Of a stretch of 64,000 bases of DNA, positions 10,142-21,570 are shown one piece after another. The notes under the pieces are model-generated. The model saw only the letters and a list, made by a program, of their open reading frames with translations, was not told the DNA's origin and ran no database searches. How positions within the stretch are numbered: position 1 is the stretch's first letter; every line of letters begins with the position of its first letter. This stretch comes from an uncultured delta proteobacterium. GTDB taxonomy: Bacteria; Desulfobacterota; Desulfomonilia; UBA1062. Location of the stretch: the NCBI GenBank assembly GCA_963752595.1, contig CAVVYZ010000009.1, positions 96,001-160,000 of the forward strand. The letters run 5' to 3'. Made by a program: the position numbers and the translations under genes.

Positions 10142-12073
10142 GTGAAAAACTGCTCGCAAAGGTACCATATGGAACTGGCGAAAATCGATGAAATGATATT
10201 TTCGGAGGATTCTTCCCTGAGGAGGGAGGCGGCGGCCCTGCTTGCCGAAATCGGAGGAGATCGTGCATTCGACAAGCTCGAAATCCTGCTCAAGGATCGC
10301 AACAATGGAGTCCGGGATGCTGCCCAGAATTCTATCGTCATGCTCGGCGGAAGGACTGCCATCAAGAAAATGATCCCTCTCTTGACCTATGAGGATCCTT
10401 CGATCAGGAACATGGCCATCGATATCCTGAGAAAGATCGGCATCGACGGAGTAGATATCCTTCACGGGATTGCCAAGGACTCCAATGACAATATCCGTCT
10501 TTTTGTCCTCGATATCCTCGGCTCCATCGGGAATCAGGAGAGCCTTGATATCCTCATCGAAGGCCTTTACGATACGAATCCCAACGTGAGAAACGCAGCA
10601 GTTATTTCACTTGGAGAGATCGGCGGAGCCGCCGCATTCGAGCACCTGAAAAAGCTTATCAACGATGAAGAATGGATTCGCTTTTCCGTAATCGAATCCT
10701 TTGCCCGCATCCCCCATGAAGATGTAGTGGAATTTCTCCTGGATGAAATCAAGCGGTGGTCGAACGATGAGATCACCATTTGTGCCATCCTTGAATCTTT
10801 AGGCAAAATCGGATCGCGGGAAACGGTGCGGCCGCTCATGGATATGTTGAGGGGATCGGATGAGTATGTGGAAGTATCCATTGCCCAGACACTGCTCAAA
10901 ATAATGTCGCTCGACGATATTTTGGCGCTCGACCCTGAAGACGGACATTTCCTGAAGAATATCCTCGAGACACATCTTCTGGATGCAGATGACGAATTCC
11001 AGCACGACATGCTCGTCGCAATGGGAAGCATCGGTGACGGCGAAAGTGCACTGCGCATCATAGAACTGGCCAAGAAGGTAGACCCGGATCTCAATCCGGA
11101 TAAATGGGAAGATATCAAATCCGCACTCATCGCCCTTCACGATATCCCTCTCATGATCGGCCTGCTCGATGCAGATGAGAAGACCAGGATGCTTTCTTCA
11201 CAGGTACTCTCCGAGATCGGCGGCGAGAATGAAGGCCGGGAAATCAGTGTAAGGATACTCACAGCTCAAGGGTATGTGAAAAGGGCTATGACCGATACAC
11301 TGGCCCGTATCGGAGGCCCCTGCTCCAGGGATACTCTGCGCACGCTCATCCACGATCAGGACGGCCATGTCATCACTTCATCCTTGAAGGCCCTGGGCGA
11401 GATAGGCAATCCTGAGGATATCGATGAGATCATGAAGTTCCTCCAGCATCCGTACCCGGATGTAAAGAATGTCGCCCTGGGAGCCATCGCTTTGATTGGG
11501 ACCGACAAGGCGGAAAGCTGCTTTATGACGCTGATCAAGAATGCCGACCCCAAGATCCGCATTATGGCTCTCGCCGGCCTTGAGCGAACCAAGAGCGAGA
11601 AACTCAAAGAAGCGGTTGTCTATATGCTCAGGGATCAGGACTGGGAAGCTCGGATGTCCGCAGTCAAAGTCACCAAGGATATGATGCTCCCCATTGAAAA
11701 CGATCTGCTCAAGGCGCTCCTGAACGATGAACATGACGAGATCCGCCATCTTGCCATCGATATCGTGGGACAGAGGAAAATCCATGGATTACGATCATTC
11801 CTCGAAGATGCTATCTCAAATGACGAGATGTGGACCTCGTATCACGCCATCGAGGCCCTGGGCCGGTTCAAGGATGATGATGCAAAAATGAGGCTTTTGT
11901 CTATTCTGAAAAGCGGGCCCGATTTCCTGCGCATTTCTGCCGTGAAAGCCCTCGGCGAATGGGAAGACGAGTCCCTGGCCTTAGAGCTGGAAGTTTATAT
12001 GGATGACGATAATCTCGACGTTGCCAGGGCTGTTGCAGAGGCAGTGGACAAATTGCAGGGAGTTGCCTTCTGA
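10142..12073 (+). CDS. HEAT/PBS-lyase repeat protein associated with chemotaxis genes
   Basis: Many L-x-D-x-x-x-x-VRxxAxxxLGxIG repeats across 643 aa; SD GGAGG. Confidence 0.9.
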   Translation: MKNCSQRYHMELAKIDEMIFSEDSSLRREAAALLAEIGGDRAFDKLEILLKDRNNGVRDAAQNSIVMLGGRTAIKKMIPLLTYEDPSIRNMAIDILRKIGIDGVDILHGIAKDSNDNIRLFVLDILGSIGNQESLDILIEGLYDTNPNVRNAAVISLGEIGGAAAFEHLKKLINDEEWIRFSVIESFARIPHEDVVEFLLDEIKRWSNDEITICAILESLGKIGSRETVRPLMDMLRGSDEYVEVSIAQTLLKIMSLDDILALDPEDGHFLKNILETHLLDADDEFQHDMLVAMGSIGDGESALRIIELAKKVDPDLNPDKWEDIKSALIALHDIPLMIGLLDADEKTRMLSSQVLSEIGGENEGREISVRILTAQGYVKRAMTDTLARIGGPCSRDTLRTLIHDQDGHVITSSLKALGEIGNPEDIDEIMKFLQHPYPDVKNVALGAIALIGTDKAESCFMTLIKNADPKIRIMALAGLERTKSEKLKEAVVYMLRDQDWEARMSAVKVTKDMMLPIENDLLKALLNDEHDEIRHLAIDIVGQRKIHGLRSFLEDAISNDEMWTSYHAIEALGRFKDDDAKMRLLSILKSGPDFLRISAVKALGEWEDESLALELEVYMDDDNLDVARAVAEAVDKLQGVAF

Positions 12074-12975
12074 TGGAGCGACCGGTCATCGAGATCATAG
12101 AGAATATTGAAGAAATCCCAACGCTCCCCATGGTCGCCATGGAGGTAATGACTCTTTCCAAGACTCCCGGTGTCTCCATAAAGGCTATATCCGAATGCAT
12201 CCATAAGGATCCGCCGCTCGCGGCAAAGGTGTTGAAGCTGGCAAATTCGGCCTTTTACCGCAGGGGCGCCCAGGAGATCGATACCCTCCACCGGGCGATT
12301 CTCCTGATGGGACTCAATGAGATCATCAATATCACTACAACCGTATCAGTCCTCTCCATCCTGGGCATGAAAGACAAGAAGGGAGAATCCTTACGGATCA
12401 AGTTCTGGGATCACTGCGTTGCAACAGGCCTCATTGCACGGCATGTGGATAAAAAAATCCGTATGAAGTCACAAGGAAGGGAATTTGTCGGAGGCCTGCT
12501 CCATGATATCGGGAAGATCATTTTCGACGAGTTCTTCCACGATAAATTCATGGAAGCCCATGCGCTGTCGATCCGGAAGAACTGCTCCATGTTCGAGGCC
12601 GAAAAAGAAGTTCTCGGAACAACCCACATGGAGGTAGGACATTTCATAGCCCAGAAGTGGGGGCTGCCTCCATACCTTGCAGATATCAACCTGTACCATC
12701 ATCACCCGGGGAAAGCCCAGTTTAAGGACATCACCGCACTGGTCTCGATAGCAAACCTCCTTGCAAAGGCAAAAGAATTGTCCTGCGGCGGCGATTCGGT
12801 ATCGTTTGTATTGAAAGACCAGGAAGCCTGGCAAATCCTCAGGAAGATGGGGTATCCCATGGATGTCCTCGATATCGAGCGCATCACCTTTGAGATCGAA
12901 GATATCGGGGAAGAGGTAAAGGCATACCTTTCCACGGTGTCCGAGGAGCCTGTCAAGGAGGATAACCGTGGCTGA
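12073..12975 (+). CDS. HDOD domain protein
   Basis: IPTLP, DPPLAAKVLKLANSAFY, FWDHCVA, GLLHDIGK, H..VG..IAQKWGLP. Confidence 0.92.
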   Translation: MERPVIEIIENIEEIPTLPMVAMEVMTLSKTPGVSIKAISECIHKDPPLAAKVLKLANSAFYRRGAQEIDTLHRAILLMGLNEIINITTTVSVLSILGMKDKKGESLRIKFWDHCVATGLIARHVDKKIRMKSQGREFVGGLLHDIGKIIFDEFFHDKFMEAHALSIRKNCSMFEAEKEVLGTTHMEVGHFIAQKWGLPPYLADINLYHHHPGKAQFKDITALVSIANLLAKAKELSCGGDSVSFVLKDQEAWQILRKMGYPMDVLDIERITFEIEDIGEEVKAYLSTVSEEPVKEDNRG

Positions 12976-13828
12976 TTATCTTGCCTCGGCACCGGCCCAG
13001 ATGACCGACGAAACCTTCCGGCTGCTTCGGGACTTCATCTATGAACACTCGGGAATATACTTCTCCGACAACAAGAAGGCCCAGCTTGAAAACAGGCTGT
13101 CCTTACGGCTGCGGGCAAATAATCTTCCGGACTTCGATAAATACTATTACATGCTCAAGTATGATCCCCAGGCATCAAAAGAGCTTCGGGCCCTGTTCGA
13201 TTCGGTAACCACCAATGAAACGAGCTTCTTCAGGAGCCCTCCCCAGATCCAGGCATTCCAGGAGAAGGCTTTGCCCGAAATCATGCAGCGAAGGATCGAA
13301 AAGGGAGAAAAGGTTTTGCGACTCTGGTCGGCAGGTTGTTCGACCGGCGATGAGCCCTATACGATGGGCATCGTGATGAAAGAGGTTCTGGCGGATACGC
13401 TCAAAGAATGGGATATCAAGATATTTGCCAGTGATATCAGCGAGAAGGCATTGAAATCCGCACGTGCTTCGGCATACAATGAATACACATTGAGATCCGT
13501 ACCTCCGGAGATCAAGAGAAAGTATTTTTTACAGAGTGGATCACAATTTACGGTCTGCGATGAGATACGGATGCTTGTCGAGCTGCAGTATCTGAATTTC
13601 AATGATACGAATCGTGTCAAGCTTATGCGGGGATTCGACATCATCTTTTGCAGAAATGTCCTCATCTACTTTGACGACGATGCAAAAAAAAGATTTGTCG
13701 CACAACTTTATGACAACCTAAATCCAGGAGGATACCTATTCATCGGCCATTCGGAGTCGCTCCACAATATCTCGCGCGCTTTCAAACTGGTTCATTTCCC
13801 CGGCGCCCTGGGCTATAAGAAGGAGTAG
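12968..13828 (+). CDS. cheR: Chemotaxis protein-glutamate methyltransferase CheR
   Basis: TTNETSFFR, WSAGCSTGDEPY, IFCRNVLIYFD, LFIGHSESL. Confidence 0.96.
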   Translation: MADYLASAPAQMTDETFRLLRDFIYEHSGIYFSDNKKAQLENRLSLRLRANNLPDFDKYYYMLKYDPQASKELRALFDSVTTNETSFFRSPPQIQAFQEKALPEIMQRRIEKGEKVLRLWSAGCSTGDEPYTMGIVMKEVLADTLKEWDIKIFASDISEKALKSARASAYNEYTLRSVPPEIKRKYFLQSGSQFTVCDEIRMLVELQYLNFNDTNRVKLMRGFDIIFCRNVLIYFDDDAKKRFVAQLYDNLNPGGYLFIGHSESLHNISRAFKLVHFPGALGYKKE

Positions 13829-13840
13829 GTGGAGAAGGAT

Positions 13841-14216
13841 ATGGATAAGATACTCATCGTAGACGATTCAGCGACCGTCAGAAAACTCCTGGTCCATACC
13901 TTGAAACCGAAAAATATCCTTTGCGTAGAGGCATGCGACGGGTTTGACGCCCTTGAGAAGCTGGCGCTGCATCCCGGAAATCAGGCTCGTGATATCCGAC
14001 TTGAACATGCCCAACATGGACGGCATCGAGCTCATACCGAACATCAGGCAGGATCCTCAATACAAGGACCTGCCCATCATCATGCTCACCACCGAGGCAT
14101 CACCGGACAACCGGAAGCTCGCCTTCGACGCCGGGGCGAACCTCTACCTGGTGAAGCCCTCCCCTGCCCACATCATCCTTTTCAAGGTGCAGAGCCTGCT
14201 GGAGGCGGATAAGTGA
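13841..14216 (+). CDS. Second single-domain CheY-like response regulator (1-nt frameshift near 13975)
   Basis: KILIVDDSATVR in one frame; ISDLNMPNMDG...IIMLTTEA...YLVKP in the next. Confidence 0.85.
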
Positions 14217-14541
14217 TCCTACGAATTTAGTGGCTTAAAAATATAGAATCCTGAGGCTCCTCCACTGATTCATTGATCACAACGTGGCACTTCCTCGAAA
14301 AGACAATTTGTAAGTAACACTCATGAGGTTTTGGGTATGAGGGTAACACGTTTGAGCATCAAAAAGCGCCGTCGTGTCACTGCAGACCCCCTAGCTCCCC
14401 TTCTCCTCCGTACCATGTATTTAATGACAACTCACATGAAGCGGTCGTTAGAATGATTCATTATTCGGGTAAAAACATTTTGGCAATCTTCTGCTTTGGA
14501 CGAAAACCATATCCTGTATGAATTCACATTCCGGGTTGTTC

Positions 14542-15228
14542 TCATCCGATCTTACGGCCCAGCTTGATGCTGTAGGCCTGATCCCGGGTTACGATGATAT
14601 GGTCGTGCACAGGGATGCCGAGCTGATCGCCGAGTTCGGTGAGCGAGCGGGTGAGCCGTTCGTCGTGGGATGACGGGGTAAGGGTTCCCGATGGGTGGTT
14701 GTGAATTAAAATCAGCGAGGTGGCGCCTTTCATCAGGGCTGTCTTGAATACCTCCCGCGGATACACGTGGGCCATGTTCACCGTGCCTTTGGAGAGATGC
14801 TCGGTATAGATGAGATTCCCTGCCGAGTTCAGGCACAGGAGCAAGAAATGCTCGTTTTTCTCGCCGCCGATCTCGGATTGGATGTATCTGAGCACCGCCT
14901 CCGGGCTGTCCAGAGTAATGTCGGCATCTTCACAGGGTGCAAGGCACCTGCTCATGCATGCCTTTACGAGCTTGATGAGCGTCCCCGCATACTCGCCGAT
15001 GCCTTTCCTTGATTCGAGCTCTTCCGGTGATTCGTCAAAGATCCTGCGCAGATTTCCAAAGTGGTCGATGAGGTCTTTGGCAATGGGCTTCGTATCCTTT
15101 TGAACCACGGCATACCCCAGGAGAAGTTCCAGGATCTCATAATCCTGCAGAGCATCCTTGCCTGCCTTCCGGAAACGCTCTCTCAGGCGTTTCCGGTGAC
15201 CTCGATAATGGGGCTTCTCATCAGTCAT
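14542..15228 (-). CDS. radC: RadC family JAB-domain protein
   Basis: GHRKRLRERF, DYEILELLL, VYPREV, HNHPSG, HDHII. Confidence 0.93.
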   Translation of the reverse strand: MTDEKPHYRGHRKRLRERFRKAGKDALQDYEILELLLGYAVVQKDTKPIAKDLIDHFGNLRRIFDESPEELESRKGIGEYAGTLIKLVKACMSRCLAPCEDADITLDSPEAVLRYIQSEIGGEKNEHFLLLCLNSAGNLIYTEHLSKGTVNMAHVYPREVFKTALMKGATSLILIHNHPSGTLTPSSHDERLTRSLTELGDQLGIPVHDHIIVTRDQAYSIKLGRKIG

Positions 15229-16793
15229 CACATTTCCCGATATCCCGGCAAGGGCTTCGGCTGTAGAGGGAATAGAAAGACCAGGGGAGCAGTTCATCCC
15301 CGTCGCGCTCTCTGATGGCATAGTAATCGGGGTTGCGGGGCCACTGTTTCAGGACCTCCTGCCACTGCGACGGCTCTCGTCCCGCCATCTCGATAAGCAC
15401 ATCCAGGATATGCCGGTCGCCCCGGGCGATCATGGCCTGCAGATAGGCCCATTTGGGGCCTTCGAAGCTTACCGAGACGTTGCTCTGAGCGCTCAAGCCC
15501 TTGGATATCTTCCTGATCCTCTTTTTTGCTTCGCCGGGCTCGATCATGCCTACCCTCTCGTACCTCGAGTGGGGTTTCGGGACCATAGTATTGACGCTCA
15601 AAGCTATCTTCCCGATCCGTTTGTTTCCTTTGGAAACATGGACAAAGACCTGCCGTATGCGCCTGGTCAGATCAATGACGGCGTCGATATCATCGTGTTC
15701 CTCACCGGGCAGTCCCACCATGAAATAAAGCTTGATGTCCCGGATGCCGCTGCTGATCAGCGCGGTGACATCTTCCAGGATAGTCTCGTTGCTCACGACC
15801 TTCCCGAGCGAGGAGCGTAAATTATCGGAACCGACCTCTGGCGCAAGCGTCACGCCGTTCACCTTCGACTCCTTAAGGTAATCGAGGAGCTCTTTAGAGA
15901 TCATGCCCAGGCGTAGCGACGGGGGGGCGATCCTGATCCCTCTCGAAGAGATTTCAGACAGGATCTCGGAGAGCTGGGGGTGGTTGTTCAGCGAGGTACT
16001 CACCAGGCCGAGCTTCCTCCCGGAAGAGAGTGCTTTCTCGAAAACATCCTGCAAGTCCTTCACACCCACGGGCCGAAACGGTGAATAGATTTCCCGGGCA
16101 GTGCAGAATTTGCAGTGGTAGGGGCATCCACGTGCGATCTCGGCCAGGAACATATCCTGGAATACGGTTTTATCCGTGAGAATGACCGAGTAGCCCGGGT
16201 TTGTCGAATGGATCTACAATGGAGACGCCGGGCCTGTACCCCGGCGAATTCCCGGTATCCTCTCCTCCTCATAGACCGGATACGTCCGCTCAGGAATGTA
16301 GATGCCCTGAACACCCTGCAGCCTGTCCAGAAAGCCTCTCGGTCGGTGCTCTGAAAAAAGGCATCGGAGAGGGCGGACGCAAGGGGCTCCCCTTCTCCAA
16401 GGAAGCACAGGTCGAGGCATCGGCCACGGGCTCCGGGTTGATGGTCGCAGCGGACCCTCCTGCCAGGACGATGGGCCCGTGCCGGGCGGTCCCTCGCCCG
16501 GAGCGGGATATTGTTCTTTGAGCATGATGCGGAGCATGTTGATCCAGTCGAGCTCATAGGAGACGGAAAATGCAATGACGTGGAAATCCTGGAGGGACCG
16601 CGATGATTCCACGGAACGTTCGAAATCCGGTGAAAAAGCGTTCGCACACGATGGAGGGATGGCGTTCAACACCCGGTACATGGTGTGCAGGCCGAGGTTG
16701 GACATCCCCACAAAGTAGGTGTTGGGGTACACGAGGGCAATGTTCAGCTTGCCCCCCGGGATCCTTGCGGACCGCGCCCTTTTCATCCGACAT
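15221..16793 (-). CDS. B12-binding-like radical SAM protein, split by several frameshifts
   Basis: N-terminal ALVYPNTYFVGMSNLG and FSVSYELD; EIARGCPYHCKFC (CxxxCxxC); TLAPE; KLYFMVGLP; pieces lie in three frames. Confidence 0.8.
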
Positions 16794-18138
16794 CTATTCC
16801 AGTCCCTTGATCTTCCTGTGCAGGTTGCTCCGCTCTACGCCGATGAGGTCCGCTGTCTTGGAGATGTTGTTCCCGCACTCCTTGAGCTTGTTTTCGATGA
16901 AAATCCTTTCAAACTCCGCCCTGGCATCCTTGAGCAGGGTAATGCCGATGAGCTTGTCCGTGATCCGAGACGGACCTCGACCCAGAGGCAGGATATCGTC
17001 CGCCAGTGATGGTATCGCCCGGGCGTCATGATCACGAGCCGCTCGATGATGTTTTTCAGCTCTCTCACGTTGCCGGGCCAGTCGTGCTGCATGAGCTTCT
17101 TGACCGCGCCTTCGGTGATGGTCTTCTTCTTCCCGCCCTTCAGTGAGGAGAAGAGCTTGAGGAAGTGCTCCACGAGCTCCGGGATATCTTCTTTGCGGTC
17201 GATGAGCCGCGGCACATAGATGGGAATGACGTTGAGCCTGTAGTAGAGGTCCTGCCTGAATCTGCCCGGCCGCAATCTCATTTTCGAGGTCCTTGTTCGT
17301 GGCCGTAAACACCCGGACGTCCACCTGGATGGTCTGGCCGCCGCCTACCCTCTCGAACCTCTGCTCCTGGAGGATTCTCAGGATCTTGGCCTGGGTGGGC
17401 AGGCTCATGTCCGCGATCTCATCCAGAAAGAGCGTGCCGTTATGGGCCAGATCGAACTTGCCCCGCCTTCTCTCCGTGGCGCCGGTAAAGGCCCCCTTCT
17501 CATGCCCGAACAGCTCGCTTTCTATGAGCTCTTCCGGGGATGGCGGCACAGTTCACCTCGATGAACGGCTGTTTCGCCCGTATGCTCTTTTTATGGAGCC
17601 TCCTTGCAACCAGCTCCTTTCCGGTCCCGTTCTCCCCCAGGATGAGGACCCATGCGTCCGACGGTGCAGCACGGTCGATCTGATCCTTCAGCCTCCTGAT
17701 GGCCTGGGAATTCCCGATGATCTCGTCATCCTTCTCGGTCTTTTTCCGGAGGAGCGCGTTCTCCTCTTCCAGGGCCTTCAGGTGCAGCGTATTATGGAGG
17801 GTGATGATGATCTTGTTCAGGTCCAGGGGTTTTTCAACGAAGTCAAGCGCCCCCAGCCTGGTCGCCCGTACTGCCGTATCGATGGACCCGTGACCGGTCA
17901 TGATGATCACCGGGATCGGGCATCCGTTATTTTTCAGCTCCTCCAGGATCTGCAGCCCATCTTTGCCGGGCATCCATATATCCAGAAGTATAAGATCCAC
18001 TTCATTGTTTTCAATGATCTGGAGCGCCTCTTCACCTGTTCCGGCCAGCAGTGTGTTGTACCCCTCGTCCTCAAGACCCCCCTTGAGGGAAAACCGTATA
18101 CTCTCCTCGTCATCCACTATCAATATCGTACGTTTCAT
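16794..18138 (-). CDS. ntrX: NtrX-type sigma54-family response regulator (frameshifted)
   Basis: [46 protein letters not shown]-terminal [13 protein letters not shown]; downstream of the NtrY-like kinase. Confidence 0.85.
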
Positions 18139-18141
18139 GAA

Positions 18142-20324
18142 CTACTCCTTTACCGGCAATTCTATGCTGAAAACAGTTCCCATGGGCGTATTGTCCCTGA
18201 CCCGGATGAATCCGTTGTGATCCGATACGATCCTGTTGACGATAACCAGCCCGAGCCCGGTCCCGCCCCTTTTCGTGGAAAAGTACGGCTCGAACAGGCG
18301 CTCCTTCACCTTCAGGCTGATACCCGTGCCCGTATCGGAAATATCAAGGGTGGCGATGTGCACATCGGAATCATAGCTCGTATGTATGCTCACCATCTTC
18401 CGGGAGTTCGCACACTCAAGGACTGCGGTGGTTGCATTCTCCAGCAGATTGCCGATGGCCCTGCTCATCTGGGAGCCGTCGATCTCCACCATGGGCAGCG
18501 TTTCATCGAGCCTGATCTCGTAGGTGACCGCGGGATGGGCCTGTTTATAGAGCGCAACCGCATCCTGCACCACCTTGTTGAGGTTTCCCGGGAGGGCATG
18601 CACGAAGGCATTTTGGCGAATGCTGAGAACTCATTCACCAGCCGCTTCATTTCATCCACTTCATTGATAATGACCCGGGTGCACTCATCAAAGACCGCTC
18701 CATCGTCTCCGAGCTTCTCAATGTATCTGCGCCTGAGCCTCTGGGCCGACAACTGGATGGGGGTGAGCGGGTTCTTCACCTCGTGCGCTATCCTCCGTGC
18801 CACCTCCCTCCATGCAGCCATACGCTCCATCTTCTGCAGCTGGGTCAGGTCGTCGAATACCACAACGGTACCGAGGTGCTCGTCGTTATCATCATAGAGG
18901 AACGATGCGTGACCCAGCAGCGTGAGCCGTTTGCCGTCCACGATGACGGATATCTGTTTCTGGGTCGTGATCCCTTTGGACTTCTTGAAATTTTCAATCA
19001 GCTCCGTGGAAATCGGGCCCAAATCACCTGCGAAAACTTCTTCATACCTCTTTCCCACCGGCGATTCCTGGGATATGCCGAGCATTGCCCTGGCTGCGGG
19101 ATTGAGGAAAATGACGGTGTCATCCTGCTGGAGCGTGATCACTCCTGTGGAGATGTTGTTCAGCACGGTGCCGATGTAGCGGTTTCTGTTCTGGATATCG
19201 TTATATGCTTTCTCGAGCTGTCTCCTCGATTCCTTCAGGTCGTTGACCATGGTGTTGAAGTCCTGCACGAGGAGGCCGAGCTCATCATTGGACCGGACAT
19301 CGATGGAAAAACTCAAATCTCCACGGGATATCCGCTGGGTGCCTTCCACGAGCTTTTCTATAGGGTTGATGAGCCCCTTGGAGACATTCATTCCGAACCA
19401 TACCGCGGAGAAAATCACCAAGAGCGTTATGGAGGTGAGGATGATGATGTAGTTGGTCTTTATCGGGCCTTTTATCTTGAGGCTCTGGATATAGTCGGTA
19501 AAGGTGCTGCGGATGATTCCCATCCGGCCTGAAAGGCTCTCCGGGATGTAATAATCAACCACCAGCACCCCCACCACGTCCCGCAAGTTGAAGGATGACC
19601 TGATGGGCACGATCCCTTCGATGATATCCGCATTGCCCGTCCTCAAGACAAAGGACATGGTCTTCCCCTCCATGGCTCCATGGACAAGGTTCGACTGCGT
19701 CGACGGCATGCTGGCGACGCCGACCTCGGGGGATATGATCTTCACGAGCTCTTCACCCTGGGATGAGAAGACCTCGACGGAGGAAAGCCGGAACAGGGCC
19801 ATCTTCTCCTGGAGCATGGCCTTCATAATATCGAGGTTCTCCTCCTTCAGGAGCCTTCTCTCGGTTATTTCGGCCGATATGGAGCTCGCATAGTGGATGG
19901 CTTCTGCAGACGACTCTTTGTAGTAGATGTTCGCGACGTTCATGGATTCTTCGATGGCGGTCTCCACCTCTGATGAGAGCCAGCCTTCCATGCTGCTGTT
20001 CAGGAAGAGAATGCTTGTGAAGAACAGCACCATAGTGGGGATGATCGTGAGCGTTACAAAGGCAATGACGAGCTTTGCCCTGAGCCGTGTTCCCAGGACG
20101 CCCTGCTGTCGCTCCATGAAGAGCTTGGCAAGGTTGCGGGTTACGAGGAAGATCACGAGCACGAGCAGCACAATGTTCAGGCTGATCACCGCGAAGATGA
20201 GGATATTACTCGAAAGAGACAGGGCCTGGAGATTGCGGATATTCGTCCGTGCAATACTCAGGAGTGCAATCATCCCGATGATGATAAAAATATAGATAAT
20301 CTCTCTCGTTCTCTTGGATATCAC
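18142..20324 (-). CDS. ntrY: NtrY-type HAMP-PAS sensor histidine kinase (frameshift near 18600)
   Basis: AWREVARRIAHEVKNPLTPIQLSAQRL H-box; NLLENA, DTGTG, FEPYFSTK, GTGLGL in the shifted frame. Confidence 0.88.
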
Positions 20325-21142
20325 GGCAGACTGCCCTCCTGGAGATAGGCCTCACGGATCTTCCTTGCAAGGGCGATGTGCAGCCGGTGGCTGGCCTTAT
20401 ATGCCCTGATACCGGCTTCCAGGGGAGCTCCCAATGTCCAGAGATCACCCAGGATGTCCAGAATCTTATGCCGGACGAATTCATCAGGGAATCGAAGCCC
20501 CTCGGGGTTGAGAACCTTGGCCTCATCGACAACCACGGCATTCTCGAGGCTTCCGCCTAAAGCAAGCCCTGCAGAGCGCATCTTTTCGACATCGGAGAGC
20601 AGGCCAAAGGTCCTGGCAGGGGCTATTTCCGTGCCGTAATTCAACCCGTCATAAGAAAACTGCTGCCTGCCGATGGCGAAGCTTGGAAACTCTATCTCAT
20701 AAGTAACGGAAAAAAGGCCGGGTGCTGCCTCGACAAAGCTTTCTCCCTCCTCAACCCTGATAAGATCACGGATTCTCACCGGCAGCGCTTCTTCCGGGAG
20801 ACCTTCCAGGCCGGCACCGAGAATCCGGGTATAAAAGGGAAGCGCGGAACCGTCCACAGCAGGGATCTCTTCCCCGAGGATCTCGATCTCGCAGTCCGTG
20901 ACGGACAACCCCCAAAGGCAGGACATGAGGTGCTCGATGGTGGAAATCGTAATGCCTTTGTTGCCCAGGGTGGTATTGAGCCTGGTATCCACGACATTTT
21001 CCGGTGAGGCCGGTATCCTTTCCCCTTGCTTCGCAAACACGATCCCGGCACTCCCCGGCCGTATTGAAATTGCGGCCGGGCCGCCTTTATGAAGGCCGAC
21101 CCCTTGAATACGGATTTCACGCTTTAGTGTCCTACGCCTCAT
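20321..21142 (-). CDS. lpxC: UDP-3-O-acyl-N-acetylglucosamine deacetylase LpxC
   Basis: GVGLH, TIEHLMS, DGSA, IAPARTFG, GGSLENA, EFVRHKILD. Confidence 0.96.
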   Translation of the reverse strand: MRRRTLKREIRIQGVGLHKGGPAAISIRPGSAGIVFAKQGERIPASPENVVDTRLNTTLGNKGITISTIEHLMSCLWGLSVTDCEIEILGEEIPAVDGSALPFYTRILGAGLEGLPEEALPVRIRDLIRVEEGESFVEAAPGLFSVTYEIEFPSFAIGRQQFSYDGLNYGTEIAPARTFGLLSDVEKMRSAGLALGGSLENAVVVDEAKVLNPEGLRFPDEFVRHKILDILGDLWTLGAPLEAGIRAYKASHRLHIALARKIREAYLQEGSLP

Positions 21143-21152
21143 ATTGACCCCT

Positions 21153-21181
21153 AGACTATGGAACATAAGCCCATTAGTCAA
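21153..21181 (-). promoter_or_regulatory. sigma70-type promoter of lpxC
   Basis: TTGACT-N17-TAGTCT, ending 10 nt before the ATG. Confidence 0.5.
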
Positions 21182-21208
21182 ATAGTAAAAGCCTGATCGC
21201 TCTTTGGT

Positions 21209-21239
21209 TTGACACAGGGGGGAAAAACCCTTATATGAT
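21209..21239 (+). promoter_or_regulatory. sigma70-type promoter of tatB
   Basis: TTGACA-N19-TATGAT (the spacer has G6 and A5 homopolymers), ending 6 nt before the ATG; no SD. Confidence 0.45.
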
Positions 21240-21245
21240 CATTCC

Positions 21246-21569
21246 ATGTTCGGAATCGGCGGTCAGGAATTATTTTTTATCCTCTTACTTGCATTGATTC
21301 TGCTTGGGCCCAGCAAACTCCCTGAGATAGCAAAAACCCTGGGCAAGGTCATGGGGGAGTTCCAGCGTGCATCAAACGATCTGAAAAAAGAGATCGATCT
21401 GGCTGCAGAAGAGAAACCCCAGCAGCAAGACAAGCCTGCACCCGAGCCTGTCGAGACTGTGAATACCGAAGAAAAACAAACGAGCCCCGCAAAGGAAAAC
21501 GACAATCCTGAGGATAAAACAGACCTTGATGCCCAGCCGGTTTATCATCCTGAAGATATAGAAAGGTAG
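21246..21569 (+). CDS. tatB: Twin-arginine translocase subunit TatB (TatA/B family)
   Basis: MFGIGGQELFFILLLALILLGPSKLPEIAKTLGK; precedes tatC. Confidence 0.85.
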   Translation: MFGIGGQELFFILLLALILLGPSKLPEIAKTLGKVMGEFQRASNDLKKEIDLAAEEKPQQQDKPAPEPVETVNTEEKQTSPAKENDNPEDKTDLDAQPVYHPEDIER

Positions 21570-21570
21570 C

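Noticed and set aside
14285-14300. TGGCAC as a sigma54 promoter
   Set aside because: No GC at the -12 position and no downstream + strand gene.
14542-15228. radC as a marker of an integrated mobile element
   Set aside because: It is the full-length chromosomal type, coupled to a housekeeping operon; no integrase, att repeats or transposase nearby.
17293-18897. 534-aa + strand ORF
   Set aside because: Antisense shadow of ntrX/ntrY with no recognisable motifs of its own.
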